Assembly: GCA_009995495.1 (NCBI GenBank)
Contig: JAACPL010000005.1
Span: 1-61,749 of the forward strand
Direction: 5' to 3'
DNA length: 61,749 bases
From: Candidatus Falkowbacteria bacterium
GTDB lineage: Bacteria > Patescibacteriota > Patescibacteriia > Patescibacteriales > UBA12465
Part shown: piece by piece, positions 37,649 through 47,803 of the stretch
Numbering within the stretch: the stretch's first letter is position 1
Layout: each line of letters begins with the position of its first letter
Position numbers and translations under genes: made by a program
Notes under the pieces: generated by a model
Database searches by the model: none
What the model saw: the letters and a program-made list of their open reading frames with translations, nothing else
Told to the model about the DNA's origin: nothing

Positions 37649-38172
37649 AGTTTTAATTGAGCTTGGCATTTTTGGCAGTAACCATAAAAGTCAAGTGAAT
37701 GATTAACAATATTAAATTTATTTTTTTTAGCAAGTTTTTGTTCCTGCTTTTCTAAATGATTTTCCATTTCAACTTTAATAATTGAATTACATTCTAAGCA
37801 GACTAAATGATGATGATGGTGATGTTTATTATTTAGTTCATGATGACAATTATTATTAACACATTTCTGTTTTCTTTTTTTACAAGACCCTAAGGAGATA
37901 TTAACAAGATTCTTGTGATGCAAGTTTATTTCATAATAATTATTACCAGCAATAATATTTTTAGTGATAATATTATTTTTACTTAAAAATTGGAGCTCAC
38001 GATAAATCGTTGAACGATTAGGTTCTAGTTTTGATTTTTTTAAACAAAGCAAAAGCTTAGAGGAAGAAATTAAACAATCATCCTCCAACATTATTTTAAT
38101 CAAAGCGTCTCTGATTTTAGTAATTCTTCCTCCCTGCGATCGAATGTTTTGATAAATTATTTCTATATTCAT
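37645..38172 (-). CDS. zur: Fur-family regulator (Zur-like) with His-rich insertion
   Basis: 175 aa. wHTH RSTIYRELQFL and CxxC (CLEC). Contains the insertion CKKRKQKCVNNNCHHELNNKHHHHHH. Confidence 0.7.
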   Translation of the reverse strand: MNIEIIYQNIRSQGGRITKIRDALIKIMLEDDCLISSSKLLLCLKKSKLEPNRSTIYRELQFLSKNNIITKNIIAGNNYYEINLHHKNLVNISLGSCKKRKQKCVNNNCHHELNNKHHHHHHLVCLECNSIIKVEMENHLEKQEQKLAKKNKFNIVNHSLDFYGYCQKCQAQLKL

Positions 38173-38300
38173 AACTGCAACATTGATGCAATAATCTTAT
38201 AGGATAAAATGATGGATGTCAATAAGTGATGGGCGGATAAAATTAAAAAACTATCAAATTTGATGGTTTATTAGTAATTTTTAATAATAAATTCGATTTA

Positions 38301-38681
38301 TCAATTTGGCTTATTAACCATCATTGCCTTCTTAAAATCATCGATATCAATAGTTAACTTTTCTAATTCTACCTGTGGGCTAACTACCTCAACGGTAAAA
38401 TCATTTGAATATCCTAGGGATTGAAAATCAAAATCAACAATTTTTAACTTCGCAACCTTTTTGATCACAACTTGTTTCTAAACGGTATAGTGAAGTGGTG
38501 GAGTTAGGGAAAGTATTGCCTTTACATCATTTCTCAAAGACACTTCGTGTCCGATGAGTTTATCACAATTAATGCCAAAAATTTTTTCAAAAAAATCATC
38601 TAACTTTTTAATTTCTGTTGGGGTCCGATGTTTCCGAAAAATTTCAGCCATTTGTCCAATTTTTTCATTATTTTCTGCCAT
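38301..38681 (-). pseudogene. hypothetical gene interrupted by an in-frame TAG
   Basis: MAENNEKIGQMAEIF...PPLHYTV-TAG(38478..38480)-KQVVIKKVAKLKIVDFDF...KKAMMVNKPN-TGA. The same frame stays open for 58 more codons after the TAG. Confidence 0.3.
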
Positions 38682-38745
38682 GACTTTTTTATTTTTTAGA
38701 TTAATACTAGTTGTTAATGTAATAAAAAATATTATCAAGAAAAAT

Positions 38746-39876
38746 CTATTTTTGCCAACTTATTACTTTCTTCAAAAAATAATAAAGCTTAGGGAAATCT
38801 TTTTTCAATTTTATGCCAATGCACCCTATTTGACGTTCAATAAAGCGACCAAAATATACTAATGACATTCTAGATTTTTCCCAAACAAATATTTTAATGC
38901 CCTTAACAAGCTTGTCGTCTTCATTTCTATTTTTGAAATATCCAAAGACCTGCCTATGCATCCTTTTTTTATTTGAGCCCCACTCAAGACACTCATCCTC
39001 ATTTAATTCCAGATCTTGATTAGGGTCAAATTTTCTCTTCTTTAAAATCTTAATCCGGTCAGAATAGTTTCGATTTATCATGCGACCATGAAATAGATGG
39101 ACGATGCTATTAGAAATAAAAGCTATTCCCTTGTCAGTAACCCGATTAGAAGCTTTGGCAGTCCATTTTTCTATATCTTTTTGAAGAGCTGGTGGCAAAA
39201 TATTTTGATAAGGTTTTTCACCTAAAATTGCGCCAGAGATTATCATGTCGCCACTACCGATAATAAGGCAATCATAAAAACCTATTTTTTGCATAATATC
39301 TAAACGAGCACAAAGACCAAAAACAGACATATATATAATCAAATTTTTCTGGTCAACGCTATATTGACTATTATTATATTGAGGGCGGTTATCTAAATTC
39401 AGCTCCTTTAAATTATTATTTAATAAAACTGAGGCTGTTTCTTTTTTATCTAATCTAATAGCCTGGTTAAATGGCTTAACAAAATGATATTTTTCCAGTA
39501 ACTCAGCGACTTCTTGCGCCCAGGAATCATCAAGAAATATTATATCTGCATCAAGCCAGGCAATTTTATCACAATCAGCTGGCAGATTTTTGAGACCGAT
39601 GTTTAGAAGCCTTTCTTTATGCCAAAGCACAGAATTACTCCTAACTTGAATGAGTTTATCGGCGTCTCCAGGCTCAAGTTCAAAGTCATTATCATTTAGA
39701 GCACATTCAACTGTTAAGAGTTTAAGTCCTTGACGAGCAAGATTTTCGCGAAAACAACGATAATTATCACGCTTACTAAGAACTTTAGTCGGATTGAAAA
39801 AAGCGGATAAAACCCAAAAGCTACCAGGCAGTTTTTTAAAATTTTCTGTTTTTGCTTCCCTAATAATGCCAAGCAT
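38746..39876 (-). CDS. putative GT-A fold glycosyltransferase
   Basis: 376 aa. DxD-type motif in KIAWLDADIIFLDD. Lies next to the glycan cluster. Confidence 0.4.
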   Translation of the reverse strand: MLGIIREAKTENFKKLPGSFWVLSAFFNPTKVLSKRDNYRCFRENLARQGLKLLTVECALNDNDFELEPGDADKLIQVRSNSVLWHKERLLNIGLKNLPADCDKIAWLDADIIFLDDSWAQEVAELLEKYHFVKPFNQAIRLDKKETASVLLNNNLKELNLDNRPQYNNSQYSVDQKNLIIYMSVFGLCARLDIMQKIGFYDCLIIGSGDMIISGAILGEKPYQNILPPALQKDIEKWTAKASNRVTDKGIAFISNSIVHLFHGRMINRNYSDRIKILKKRKFDPNQDLELNEDECLEWGSNKKRMHRQVFGYFKNRNEDDKLVKGIKIFVWEKSRMSLVYFGRFIERQIGCIGIKLKKDFPKLYYFLKKVISWQK

Positions 39877-39986
39877 AATAAATTTACTTATAAGCTTATC
39901 TTAGGGTAAAAACCTAAAAAAAACAAGGATTTTTAAAGACATAATTTAGCTGCTATGATATAATTAAATTAAGGATAAAAAACAAT

Positions 39987-41759
39987 ATGACTCTATTTGG
40001 AACAATTCTTCTAGTTTTTCCCTTTTTTTTAATTTTTTATTTTAAAAACAAAAAAGAGGGCTTTATCACGATTTTAGTGGCGAATACCTTACTCCACCTT
40101 GTTATTAGTATTCTCGCCCAGTTTTTTCATTTCTTCCATTATCCAATTATTTTATCCCTAGTTTTATTAACCAATCTCGCTATAGCTTACTGGGCCATAA
40201 AAAACAAAAATAAAGCTAATTTCAAAATAAAGTTTAATATTTTTGCTTTTTTAGCGGCTCTTATTATTTTATTTGAACTATTCTCGGTTCATTATTTTTT
40301 CACAGGAGAAGTAAGTACAATAAAAGGAAATAAAGATGTGGCTAATGTTTTTTATCCTTATCCCTATTCCCCTGACGATTGGGCCGGGGTTGCTTTCACT
40401 ACTTACGCTATCAACAATAACAACTTACCAACTACTAATCCCTTAATAGATGGGCCTGACCACTATAATTTTCGCAATATTTTCGTAGGGTTTTTCGCCC
40501 TTCTAGCACAAATATTTTTAATCATCAATATTCAACCTATTTTTGGCTTTCCAATTTTAGCAGTTTATTCTGGTTTCCTAGTCTGTTTTCTTGTCTATTT
40601 ATTTCTCAAATCGGCTAAGGTCAAAGAATTTCCGGCGCTAATAGCAGCGCTTTCTCTCCCTTGGGTGATAAATAGCTCAAAATTACCAGGCATCTGGTAT
40701 CTTTTTCCTTTTATCGGCGGCACAATTTTTTTTCTAGCCGCTTTAATCGCTCTTAATCTTAAGAAAAATAAACTTGCGATAGTTAGCAGCCTACTTTCAA
40801 TTTTATTATATCCTCCTTTAATAATGTTTATCGCCCCTGCCCTACTTGTCTATTTTTTAAGTGACAAAAATCTTAACTGGAAAAATTTCTTAAAAATTAT
40901 TCTAAGCACTCTGCTGGGAATTATTGTAATTGCCGCTTTAATTTTTCTGGTTCAAGTTGATAATGCTAAAGATTTAGTTAATTTATTTTTTGAGAGCTTA
41001 ATTCGACCGAATAATGAAGGGGGCATTTCTTCAAGAGAAATCTGGCGAGTAATTCCAGTCATCCTTTTGCCTCTAGCTTTCTTTGGATTATCAGTGATAA
41101 AGAAAAAAAAGCTTTGGTATTTTGCTACGCCCTTAGCAATCGGTTTAGTATATTGGCTAGTTTATTCTTTTTCTCCTAAATTTTTAGTCATTGATTACGC
41201 TCGCACCGCTGTTATTACTGCTTATCTAATAATAATCACAGCTGGATTTGGGATAGACGAATTAAGTAAACAAATCTTAAAAAAATACGAATTCTCTGAG
41301 TCTACATCACTAATGATAAAAAATTTAATAATTTTCTTGTTCGCTCTAATCGCTATATTTTATACTCGTTATGGTGCCTGGAAACATATAAAACTAACTT
41401 ACGAAACCGCCTTAGGCGAAGTAGTCGCTCCTTTTGATGCGCCCGCTAATCACTATTTACATCCGGATGATTTAAGAATCTTCCAAAATATTAAAAATAC
41501 CAGGTTCTTATCTCAACCATGGAAGGGTTTAGTTATAGGTGTAGCGACAAACAATTACCCCATGCATGCTAAAGGGGCAACAATAACTAACTTTTATCAT
41601 CCTTATTATTTTTTCAGTGATGGTAACTGTGATTATAAAAAATCCGTGGCCGAGGATATGAATATAAAATATGTTTATCTGCCAAAATTTAACTGTCCTA
41701 ATTTTATTTTCTTAGATAAAAGTTCTGAAGATATTTATCTTTATAAATTCCAACCTTAA
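39987..41759 (+). CDS. polytopic GT-C-like glycosyltransferase (ArnT/PMT-like) with C-terminal soluble domain
   Basis: 590 aa, more than 10 TM helices. Acidic motif YSPDDW in the first external loop. Lies immediately upstream of a polyprenyl-phosphate GT2. Confidence 0.45.
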   Translation: MTLFGTILLVFPFFLIFYFKNKKEGFITILVANTLLHLVISILAQFFHFFHYPIILSLVLLTNLAIAYWAIKNKNKANFKIKFNIFAFLAALIILFELFSVHYFFTGEVSTIKGNKDVANVFYPYPYSPDDWAGVAFTTYAINNNNLPTTNPLIDGPDHYNFRNIFVGFFALLAQIFLIINIQPIFGFPILAVYSGFLVCFLVYLFLKSAKVKEFPALIAALSLPWVINSSKLPGIWYLFPFIGGTIFFLAALIALNLKKNKLAIVSSLLSILLYPPLIMFIAPALLVYFLSDKNLNWKNFLKIILSTLLGIIVIAALIFLVQVDNAKDLVNLFFESLIRPNNEGGISSREIWRVIPVILLPLAFFGLSVIKKKKLWYFATPLAIGLVYWLVYSFSPKFLVIDYARTAVITAYLIIITAGFGIDELSKQILKKYEFSESTSLMIKNLIIFLFALIAIFYTRYGAWKHIKLTYETALGEVVAPFDAPANHYLHPDDLRIFQNIKNTRFLSQPWKGLVIGVATNNYPMHAKGATITNFYHPYYFFSDGNCDYKKSVAEDMNIKYVYLPKFNCPNFIFLDKSSEDIYLYKFQP

Positions 41760-41774
41760 AAAGTCAAAATAAAT

Positions 41775-42920
41775 ATGCATCCAAAAATTAGTATTATCAT
41801 CCCTTGTCTTAATGAAGAAGAGGCAATCGGACCTTGCTTAGAAGAAATAAGTGGCGCGATTAATAAACATAATCTTGACGCCGAGGTTATTGTTGTTGAT
41901 AATAATTCTTCCGATAAAACTACGGAAATAGCTGAAAGTAAAAAATGTTTACTAGCTCAATTACTTATAGTTAAAGAAGTACAAGAAGGATATGGCCTCG
42001 CTTATTTACAAGGCTTCAGACAAGCAAAAGGCGAATATATTTTTATGGCCGACGCTGACTCATCTTATGATTTTTATGAAATTAATAAATTCCTTGATAA
42101 ACTAGAGGGTGGAGATGATTTAGTGATAGGAAATCGTTTTTCCGGATCAATGAAGAAAGGAGCTATGACCTGGCTGCATCGTTATATTGGCAACCCAATA
42201 TTATCACGCCTCGTTAAATTATTATTTAACATAAAAATAAATGACATCCACTGTGGTGCTCGCGCTTTTAGAACTGATATTTTAAATAAAGTTAATTTTA
42301 AAACTGGCGGCATGGAATTCGCTTCGGAAATGATCATAAAAGCTAAGAAAGCAGATCTTAAAATTAGCGAAGTCCCAATCGCTTATCGCCCCCGACTGGG
42401 AAAATCAAAACTAAATTCTTTGACAGACGGTTGGCGTCATCTGCGATTTATTCTTTTATACTCACCCCTATTACTTTTTCTCGTGCCCGGATTATCTCTA
42501 ATCTCTATCGGTTTTGGCGCGATGATATTTTTCTATTTCAAGAATCCGGAGATTTTTGGTATCAAACTTTACGTTCATCCATTATTTCTTTTTTCTTTAA
42601 TGATTATTTTAGGCTATCAATTAATAATATTTAGTGCTTTTTCTAAAATCTATGCTATTAATCATCTGGGTGATAAAGATAAATTGATTGAGTCTTGGTT
42701 TAAAAAGATAACCATAGAAAAAGCTGGCTCATTAGCGATTGTTATGATTTTAATCGGCGTATTAATATATTTAATAATTTTTGCTAATTGGATTAATTCT
42801 GGCTTTAGTTCATTAAATGCAATAAAAAGTTCTATTGTCGCCTTAACTCTAATAGTTCTCGGCGTTCAAACTTTTTTTTCCGCTTTTATGTTAAGTATTT
42901 TAGGTATTAAAGAAAAATGA
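41775..42920 (+). CDS. GT2 polyprenyl-phosphate glycosyltransferase (DPM1/GtrB/ArnC-like) with C-terminal TM helices
   Basis: 381 aa. ISIIIPCLNEEE, VVDNNSSD and MADADSSYD motifs, followed by 4 TM helices. Confidence 0.8.
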   Translation: MHPKISIIIPCLNEEEAIGPCLEEISGAINKHNLDAEVIVVDNNSSDKTTEIAESKKCLLAQLLIVKEVQEGYGLAYLQGFRQAKGEYIFMADADSSYDFYEINKFLDKLEGGDDLVIGNRFSGSMKKGAMTWLHRYIGNPILSRLVKLLFNIKINDIHCGARAFRTDILNKVNFKTGGMEFASEMIIKAKKADLKISEVPIAYRPRLGKSKLNSLTDGWRHLRFILLYSPLLLFLVPGLSLISIGFGAMIFFYFKNPEIFGIKLYVHPLFLFSLMIILGYQLIIFSAFSKIYAINHLGDKDKLIESWFKKITIEKAGSLAIVMILIGVLIYLIIFANWINSGFSSLNAIKSSIVALTLIVLGVQTFFSAFMLSILGIKEK

Positions 42921-44074
42921 AAATAGCAATCTTTCACAATTTCATGGACAATATTGGTGGTGCGGAAATAGTCGCCTTAACTTTAGCGCGCGAATTAGAG
43001 GCTGATATCTATACAACTAACATCGATTTTTTGAAAATAGAAAAAATGGGGTTTAGTGATGTTAGACCACGAATCAATTCTATCGGTCGCCTTCCTAAAA
43101 AAGCGCCATTTCGACAACAGCTCGCTCTTTTTAAATTCAGACGTCTTAATCTTAGTGGGCGTTATGATTTTTTTATTATTGCTGGTGATTGGGCAATGTC
43201 AGGGGCAGTAAATAATCATCCGAACATTTGGTATGCTCATAGTCCGCTTAATGAACTTTGGGCTTTTACTGATTTCATTAGTAAGCAGGTAATTAGTTTT
43301 TGGAAAAGACCTATTTATAAAGTTTGGCTTAGCTATAATCGTTGGTTAACTAGAAAATATGCTAAAAAAATTGATCATTGGGTTTGTAATTCAGAAAATA
43401 CTAAAAATAGAATAAAAAAATACTATTATCAAGAAGCAACTGTAATTTATCCGCCCATTGACCTTGGCCCAGACCTTAATTATGAAGAAATTAATGAGCG
43501 GGCGAAAAAAGACGGAGCTGAAAATTATTGGCTTTCTGTTAATCGTCTAGTTACTCATAAAAGAATAGAAAAACAAATAGCCGCTTTTGCTTCTATGCCT
43601 GATAAAAAATTAATTATTATTGGCAGTTATGAAAAAGGCGTCTATCAATTTGAAAAATATAAAAAATTTTTAAAATCAATTAAACCAGAAAATGTTGAGA
43701 TTAAGCATTGGCTTTCAAATAATGAGTTAAAAGAATTATACGCTAACTGCAAGGGCTTAATTACTACGGCGAAAAACGAAGATTTTGGGATGACCGTTAT
43801 TGAAGCTATGGCTCAGGGAAAACCAGTTATTGCTCCTAATGAAGGCGGTTACAAGGAGTCCGTTTTAGATAGAAAAACTGGAATTCTTCTCTCTTCTTTA
43901 GAGCCTCAGACGATAGTTAAGGCTATAACTGAAATAGAAAATAATCTCGAAAATAATCCTAGTTTTTATCAGTCTGCCTGCCGGCTAAGAGCCGAAGATT
44001 TTAGTACTAATGTTTTTATAACAAAAATAAAAAAAATAATTCATGACTCAGGAAAAGGAACAAAGAAAACATAA
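42917..44074 (+). CDS. GT4 (group 1) glycosyltransferase
   Basis: 385 aa. EDFGMTVIEAMAQGKPVIAPNEGG (EX7E region). ATGA overlap with the upstream gene. Confidence 0.8.
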   Translation: MKIAIFHNFMDNIGGAEIVALTLARELEADIYTTNIDFLKIEKMGFSDVRPRINSIGRLPKKAPFRQQLALFKFRRLNLSGRYDFFIIAGDWAMSGAVNNHPNIWYAHSPLNELWAFTDFISKQVISFWKRPIYKVWLSYNRWLTRKYAKKIDHWVCNSENTKNRIKKYYYQEATVIYPPIDLGPDLNYEEINERAKKDGAENYWLSVNRLVTHKRIEKQIAAFASMPDKKLIIIGSYEKGVYQFEKYKKFLKSIKPENVEIKHWLSNNELKELYANCKGLITTAKNEDFGMTVIEAMAQGKPVIAPNEGGYKESVLDRKTGILLSSLEPQTIVKAITEIENNLENNPSFYQSACRLRAEDFSTNVFITKIKKIIHDSGKGTKKT

Positions 44075-44957
44075 AATTTCTATAATAATTCCGGTTAGAA
44101 ACGAGGAGCGATTAATAGTTTCTTGTCTTTTATCGGTAGCCGAACAAAAAATAAAAGATAAAGCTCTTAATTATGAAATAGAAATTATTTGTATTGATAA
44201 TAATTCAAGCGATGAGACCAAAAAGTCTATTCTTAGTTGTGCCGAAAAATTTAAAAACATAAATTATTATTTTGAATCTAAAATAGGAAGAGGAAGCGCC
44301 CGCAATGCTGGTATAGAAAAAGCTAAAGGAGACATAATCGCTATGATAGATGCAGACTGCCTTGCCCCTTCTGACTGGTTAGAAAAATTAGTTGGGCCGA
44401 TAATAACTGGAGAAGCCGAGGCAACTATGGGCTTTGAATCTGATGCAATTAATAATTACTGGTCCAGAATAAGGCAAGAGGAAGACTGGACTTATATTCA
44501 AAAGAAAATATCTGGACCATACATTGAACATCTTGATACTAAGAATTTTGCCATCAAGGCAGAGATTTTAAAAAAAATAAAATTTGACTCCCTTTTAAAT
44601 AGTTATGAGGACTGGGACTTGTTTATAAATTTAAAAAAAAATGGAGTAAAAATTTTGTTCCTATCAAAATTGAAAGTTAAACATTATCATGACAGCTCTT
44701 TAAAAAAATTAATAAAAACTCAATTTTCTCGTGGTAAATCGGCCGCTTTAATCCATAAAAAATGGCAGAAAGATAGAGAGTTCCGCGAGCTATTTAAAAA
44801 TGACCCAAGCGCAGCTTCGGTCAATTGGCGTAATTTTATATTTTTTCTACCCTGGGCTCTATGGCAAATAATATTATCACCACGAAAATCTCTTTTTATA
44901 ATCAGTGCCGACGCTGCCTGGAAAGCGGGAATTATCGCCTCTAAATTTAAAAGATAA
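44043..44957 (+). CDS. GT2 glycosyltransferase
   Basis: 304 aa. ISIIIPVRNEE, IDNNSSDET and MIDADC motifs. Confidence 0.75.
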   Translation: MTQEKEQRKHKISIIIPVRNEERLIVSCLLSVAEQKIKDKALNYEIEIICIDNNSSDETKKSILSCAEKFKNINYYFESKIGRGSARNAGIEKAKGDIIAMIDADCLAPSDWLEKLVGPIITGEAEATMGFESDAINNYWSRIRQEEDWTYIQKKISGPYIEHLDTKNFAIKAEILKKIKFDSLLNSYEDWDLFINLKKNGVKILFLSKLKVKHYHDSSLKKLIKTQFSRGKSAALIHKKWQKDREFRELFKNDPSAASVNWRNFIFFLPWALWQIILSPRKSLFIISADAAWKAGIIASKFKR

Positions 44958-44971
44958 GATAAAAAAATTTC

Positions 44972-45751
44972 TTAGCTCTTAAAACTGTCATTGTTTGATA
45001 AATAAGTTGCTATCACTTCAGAAGTTTCACCAAATATTTTAATCTTCCCTTTCTCTAATAAAATCGCTCGATTACAGTATTTTCTAATAAATCCCAACTC
45101 ATGACTTACTAAAATCACCGCCGAGCCGCGGCGCAAAAACTCTTCCATTTTACCAATCGCTTTATCTTGGAAACTTGCATCACCACCAGCACTAAAAACT
45201 TCATCTAACAAAATAATATCCGGAACTTTTTGTTGTAAGCAATGCGTTATGGTAGAAAAAGAAAGCCGATTAAGCATACCGCTAGAAAACTGATATATTT
45301 TAGTATCAACAAATTCTTCTAGTCCAGAAAAAGATACTATTTCTGGTAATCTTTTTTTTATTTCAGAAACGCTTAGGCCCATAATTGCGCCTGTTAAAAA
45401 AACGTTTTCACGCATTGTTAATTTTGGCTTCAAACCAAAGCCAAACCCATTCATATAAATAACATTGGGAGCAACTTGAAGAGAACCGGAATCCGCTTGA
45501 TAAATACCGGCAATAATTCTGAGTAATGTACTTTTGCCTGAGCCATTACCACCAATTAAGCCAACATTTTCTCCCGCAGAAACTTGCAAGGAAACATTAT
45601 CTAATACCTGAATAGATCTCTTATTCTCACGCGTTGAAAAATAAGCTAAAAATTTGGCCAAGGCGCTATCGCTTTTACGATAACCAATATTAAATTTTTT
45701 AGAAATATTAATAACTTTAATTTTTGATAATTCTTGATTTTGCATAATCAA
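44972..45751 (-). CDS. polysaccharide/teichoic-acid-type ABC exporter ATPase (Wzt/TagH-like, no C-terminal CBM)
   Basis: 259 aa. Walker A GGNGSGKST, signature FSSGM, Walker B ILLDEV. Confidence 0.85.
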   Translation of the reverse strand: MIMQNQELSKIKVINISKKFNIGYRKSDSALAKFLAYFSTRENKRSIQVLDNVSLQVSAGENVGLIGGNGSGKSTLLRIIAGIYQADSGSLQVAPNVIYMNGFGFGLKPKLTMRENVFLTGAIMGLSVSEIKKRLPEIVSFSGLEEFVDTKIYQFSSGMLNRLSFSTITHCLQQKVPDIILLDEVFSAGGDASFQDKAIGKMEEFLRRGSAVILVSHELGFIRKYCNRAILLEKGKIKIFGETSEVIATYLSNNDSFKS

Positions 45752-46521
45752 ATTAATTCGGCCATTTTATATTTATAACGCTTAAAAACAAAAACTCCTA
45801 AGAAAAAAATAAGGGGGGCGCTGATTAAAAAGATTAGAAGGATATTAGTTTCAGGTAAACGACCGTAAATTAATAATGACCTAGAAGTTTCTAAAAAATA
45901 AAAAAGAGGGTTAAAAAAATTAAGTTTATAAATCAAACTATTAGAACTAGCACTATAAAAAATTGGTGTTCCTAAAAGCAATAATTGAGAAACAATCGCC
46001 CAAACATTTTCTAAATCACTAACATAAACACCGACTATAGCGAAAATTAGAGCTAAACCGATAACCATAATAATAAAACAAGAAAAAGCTAAGAGATAAT
46101 AAAAAAGTCCAACGGCTGACAAAGAAAAATAAAAAACGAGAAAGCTAATTATCAGAAATTCAAAAAGATGGGCAAAAATATGTTGCAATACGGCGGCGCC
46201 AACTAAAGATTCCGGGGAAACCATATTGGTTGATTTGATGTAATTAGGGTTATTACTAATTGAAGCAATGGCAGCGGATATAGTTGCTCTAAAAAAGTTA
46301 AAGGCAGCGATACCTAAAAAAAGATAAAGCGGATAAAACATAACTCCAGTAGCTAAAGAGGAGCTTTGCCTAATCATCATGAAAACTAAAAATAAAAATA
46401 AAGGATTAAGTAAATACCAAAGAATACCCAAATAACTGCCCTCTATTCTTAATCTAAAAGTAGCCTTAGCTAAAGAAAGGCTTAAACGAAGAGTTTCTTT
46501 TAATTTATACTTTGATCCCAT
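45748..46521 (-). CDS. ABC-2 type exporter permease (Wzm/TagG-like)
   Basis: 257 aa, 6 TM helices. Overlaps the ATPase gene by 4 nt. Confidence 0.8.
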   Translation of the reverse strand: MGSKYKLKETLRLSLSLAKATFRLRIEGSYLGILWYLLNPLFLFLVFMMIRQSSSLATGVMFYPLYLFLGIAAFNFFRATISAAIASISNNPNYIKSTNMVSPESLVGAAVLQHIFAHLFEFLIISFLVFYFSLSAVGLFYYLLAFSCFIIMVIGLALIFAIVGVYVSDLENVWAIVSQLLLLGTPIFYSASSNSLIYKLNFFNPLFYFLETSRSLLIYGRLPETNILLIFLISAPLIFFLGVFVFKRYKYKMAELI

Positions 46522-46576
46522 ATTTAGTATTATTTGGATATTATAACAATAATTGAAGTAAAGTTGAAGCTATTAC

Positions 46577-46602
46577 AAAAAATAGGCCTAAGCCTATTTT
46601 TT
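46577..46602. terminator. bidirectional intrinsic terminator
   Basis: AAAAAATAGGC-ctaa-GCCTATTTTTT. Confidence 0.7.
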
Positions 46603-46641
46603 ATATCTTTTTATCACTAAAAAGTCGCGCTAATTAATAAA

Positions 46642-47754
46642 TTATGTTCCCGTTGTATAACAACTAGCTGCCCCAGGATTGGATGTTGTTCCACTAGGAC
46701 AAGGGATTTGTACACCACGGGGACAATAATAACCCGCTGCACATTGAGTGCATGAATTTGCCCCCGTGCCATTACTGTGAGTACCTAACGGGCAAACACT
46801 GCAAGACGCTCCTCCTCCAGGTGGATTATATGAACCTTCTGGACAAACAATAAGATTAACGCCAAAACCGTTAGAACAGTTATAGGAAGAAGATACGCTT
46901 ACATAAGCTCCAGCTGGGTTAGAATAATAACATGAAGAGCCACAGGATCCGCCAAAAGCTGCATAAAATGTTCCTCCATAAGGGCATTGCCAGGTATTAG
47001 AGACGGAGACTTGGCCAATAGCATTAGTAACGCCATTAATAAAGCAGTTAGATGTCTCACTACAAGAACTCTGTCCATACCAAGTACATTCTAAGCCGCC
47101 GCAGCCGCCACAATCAGTATCTTTGCCGTCTATATAACTATCACCATCATTATCACTCCAGTCAGAACAATAACTCTGACAAGCAAAATTACCAGATAAG
47201 CAGCGACTATTTTCACCGCCGCCACAAACTTTATAATCAGTAAGAGTTGAATTAAGGACACAATTACCACTAACACAGCTGTAACTATACTTATAACCGC
47301 GAATTGTTTGTCCCGAACAAACCCATGTACCACTCCATTCCGAGCCAACTGAACCACAATCACCAGAACTGTAACAAGCTGGACAAGCGCCACAGTCAGT
47401 TGCGCAAGTAGTGCAGGTTTCCGAGCCATTGCAAACATCATCACCACAACAACTATCATAAACCGTTACGCTAGTAGGTTTATTAAGCTTAAATTTTAAC
47501 CATTCATTAGCTGATTTAGTTGGAATAAAAAAATCCCTACTTGCATCATTATTAATAATACAACGCTTATCAATAGTGTCACCCGCGTTTGTAAGTCCAC
47601 TTAAAATCTTGCTTGTATTTCTACCTATACTATAACCAGTATCCTGGTTATCAATTCCTATAACAATAACAGGAATAACTAATAAAACTAAAAAAATCAA
47701 AAAAATAAATAAATTTCCACCAATTTTTTTCCTTAACTTTTTCAAAAATAACAT
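46642..47754 (-). CDS. secreted cysteine-rich protein (CGDDVCNG...C..DCGAC motif, C-terminal furin/GCC2-GCC3-like repeats)
   Basis: Start set at ATG 47754 (MLFLKKLRKKIGGNLFIFLIFLVLLVIPVIV). About 50 Cys residues. The C-terminus CPEGSYN...CSVCPLGTHSN...CTQCAAGYYC...CPSGT is eukaryote-like. The track ORF extension to 47922 reads through repeats and terminators. Confidence 0.55.
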   Translation of the reverse strand: MLFLKKLRKKIGGNLFIFLIFLVLLVIPVIVIGIDNQDTGYSIGRNTSKILSGLTNAGDTIDKRCIINNDASRDFFIPTKSANEWLKFKLNKPTSVTVYDSCCGDDVCNGSETCTTCATDCGACPACYSSGDCGSVGSEWSGTWVCSGQTIRGYKYSYSCVSGNCVLNSTLTDYKVCGGGENSRCLSGNFACQSYCSDWSDNDGDSYIDGKDTDCGGCGGLECTWYGQSSCSETSNCFINGVTNAIGQVSVSNTWQCPYGGTFYAAFGGSCGSSCYYSNPAGAYVSVSSSYNCSNGFGVNLIVCPEGSYNPPGGGASCSVCPLGTHSNGTGANSCTQCAAGYYCPRGVQIPCPSGTTSNPGAASCYTTGT

Positions 47755-47803
47755 AAAAATATATTCTAGTAAATATATTAATATTATAACACTAAAGAAA
47801 AGA

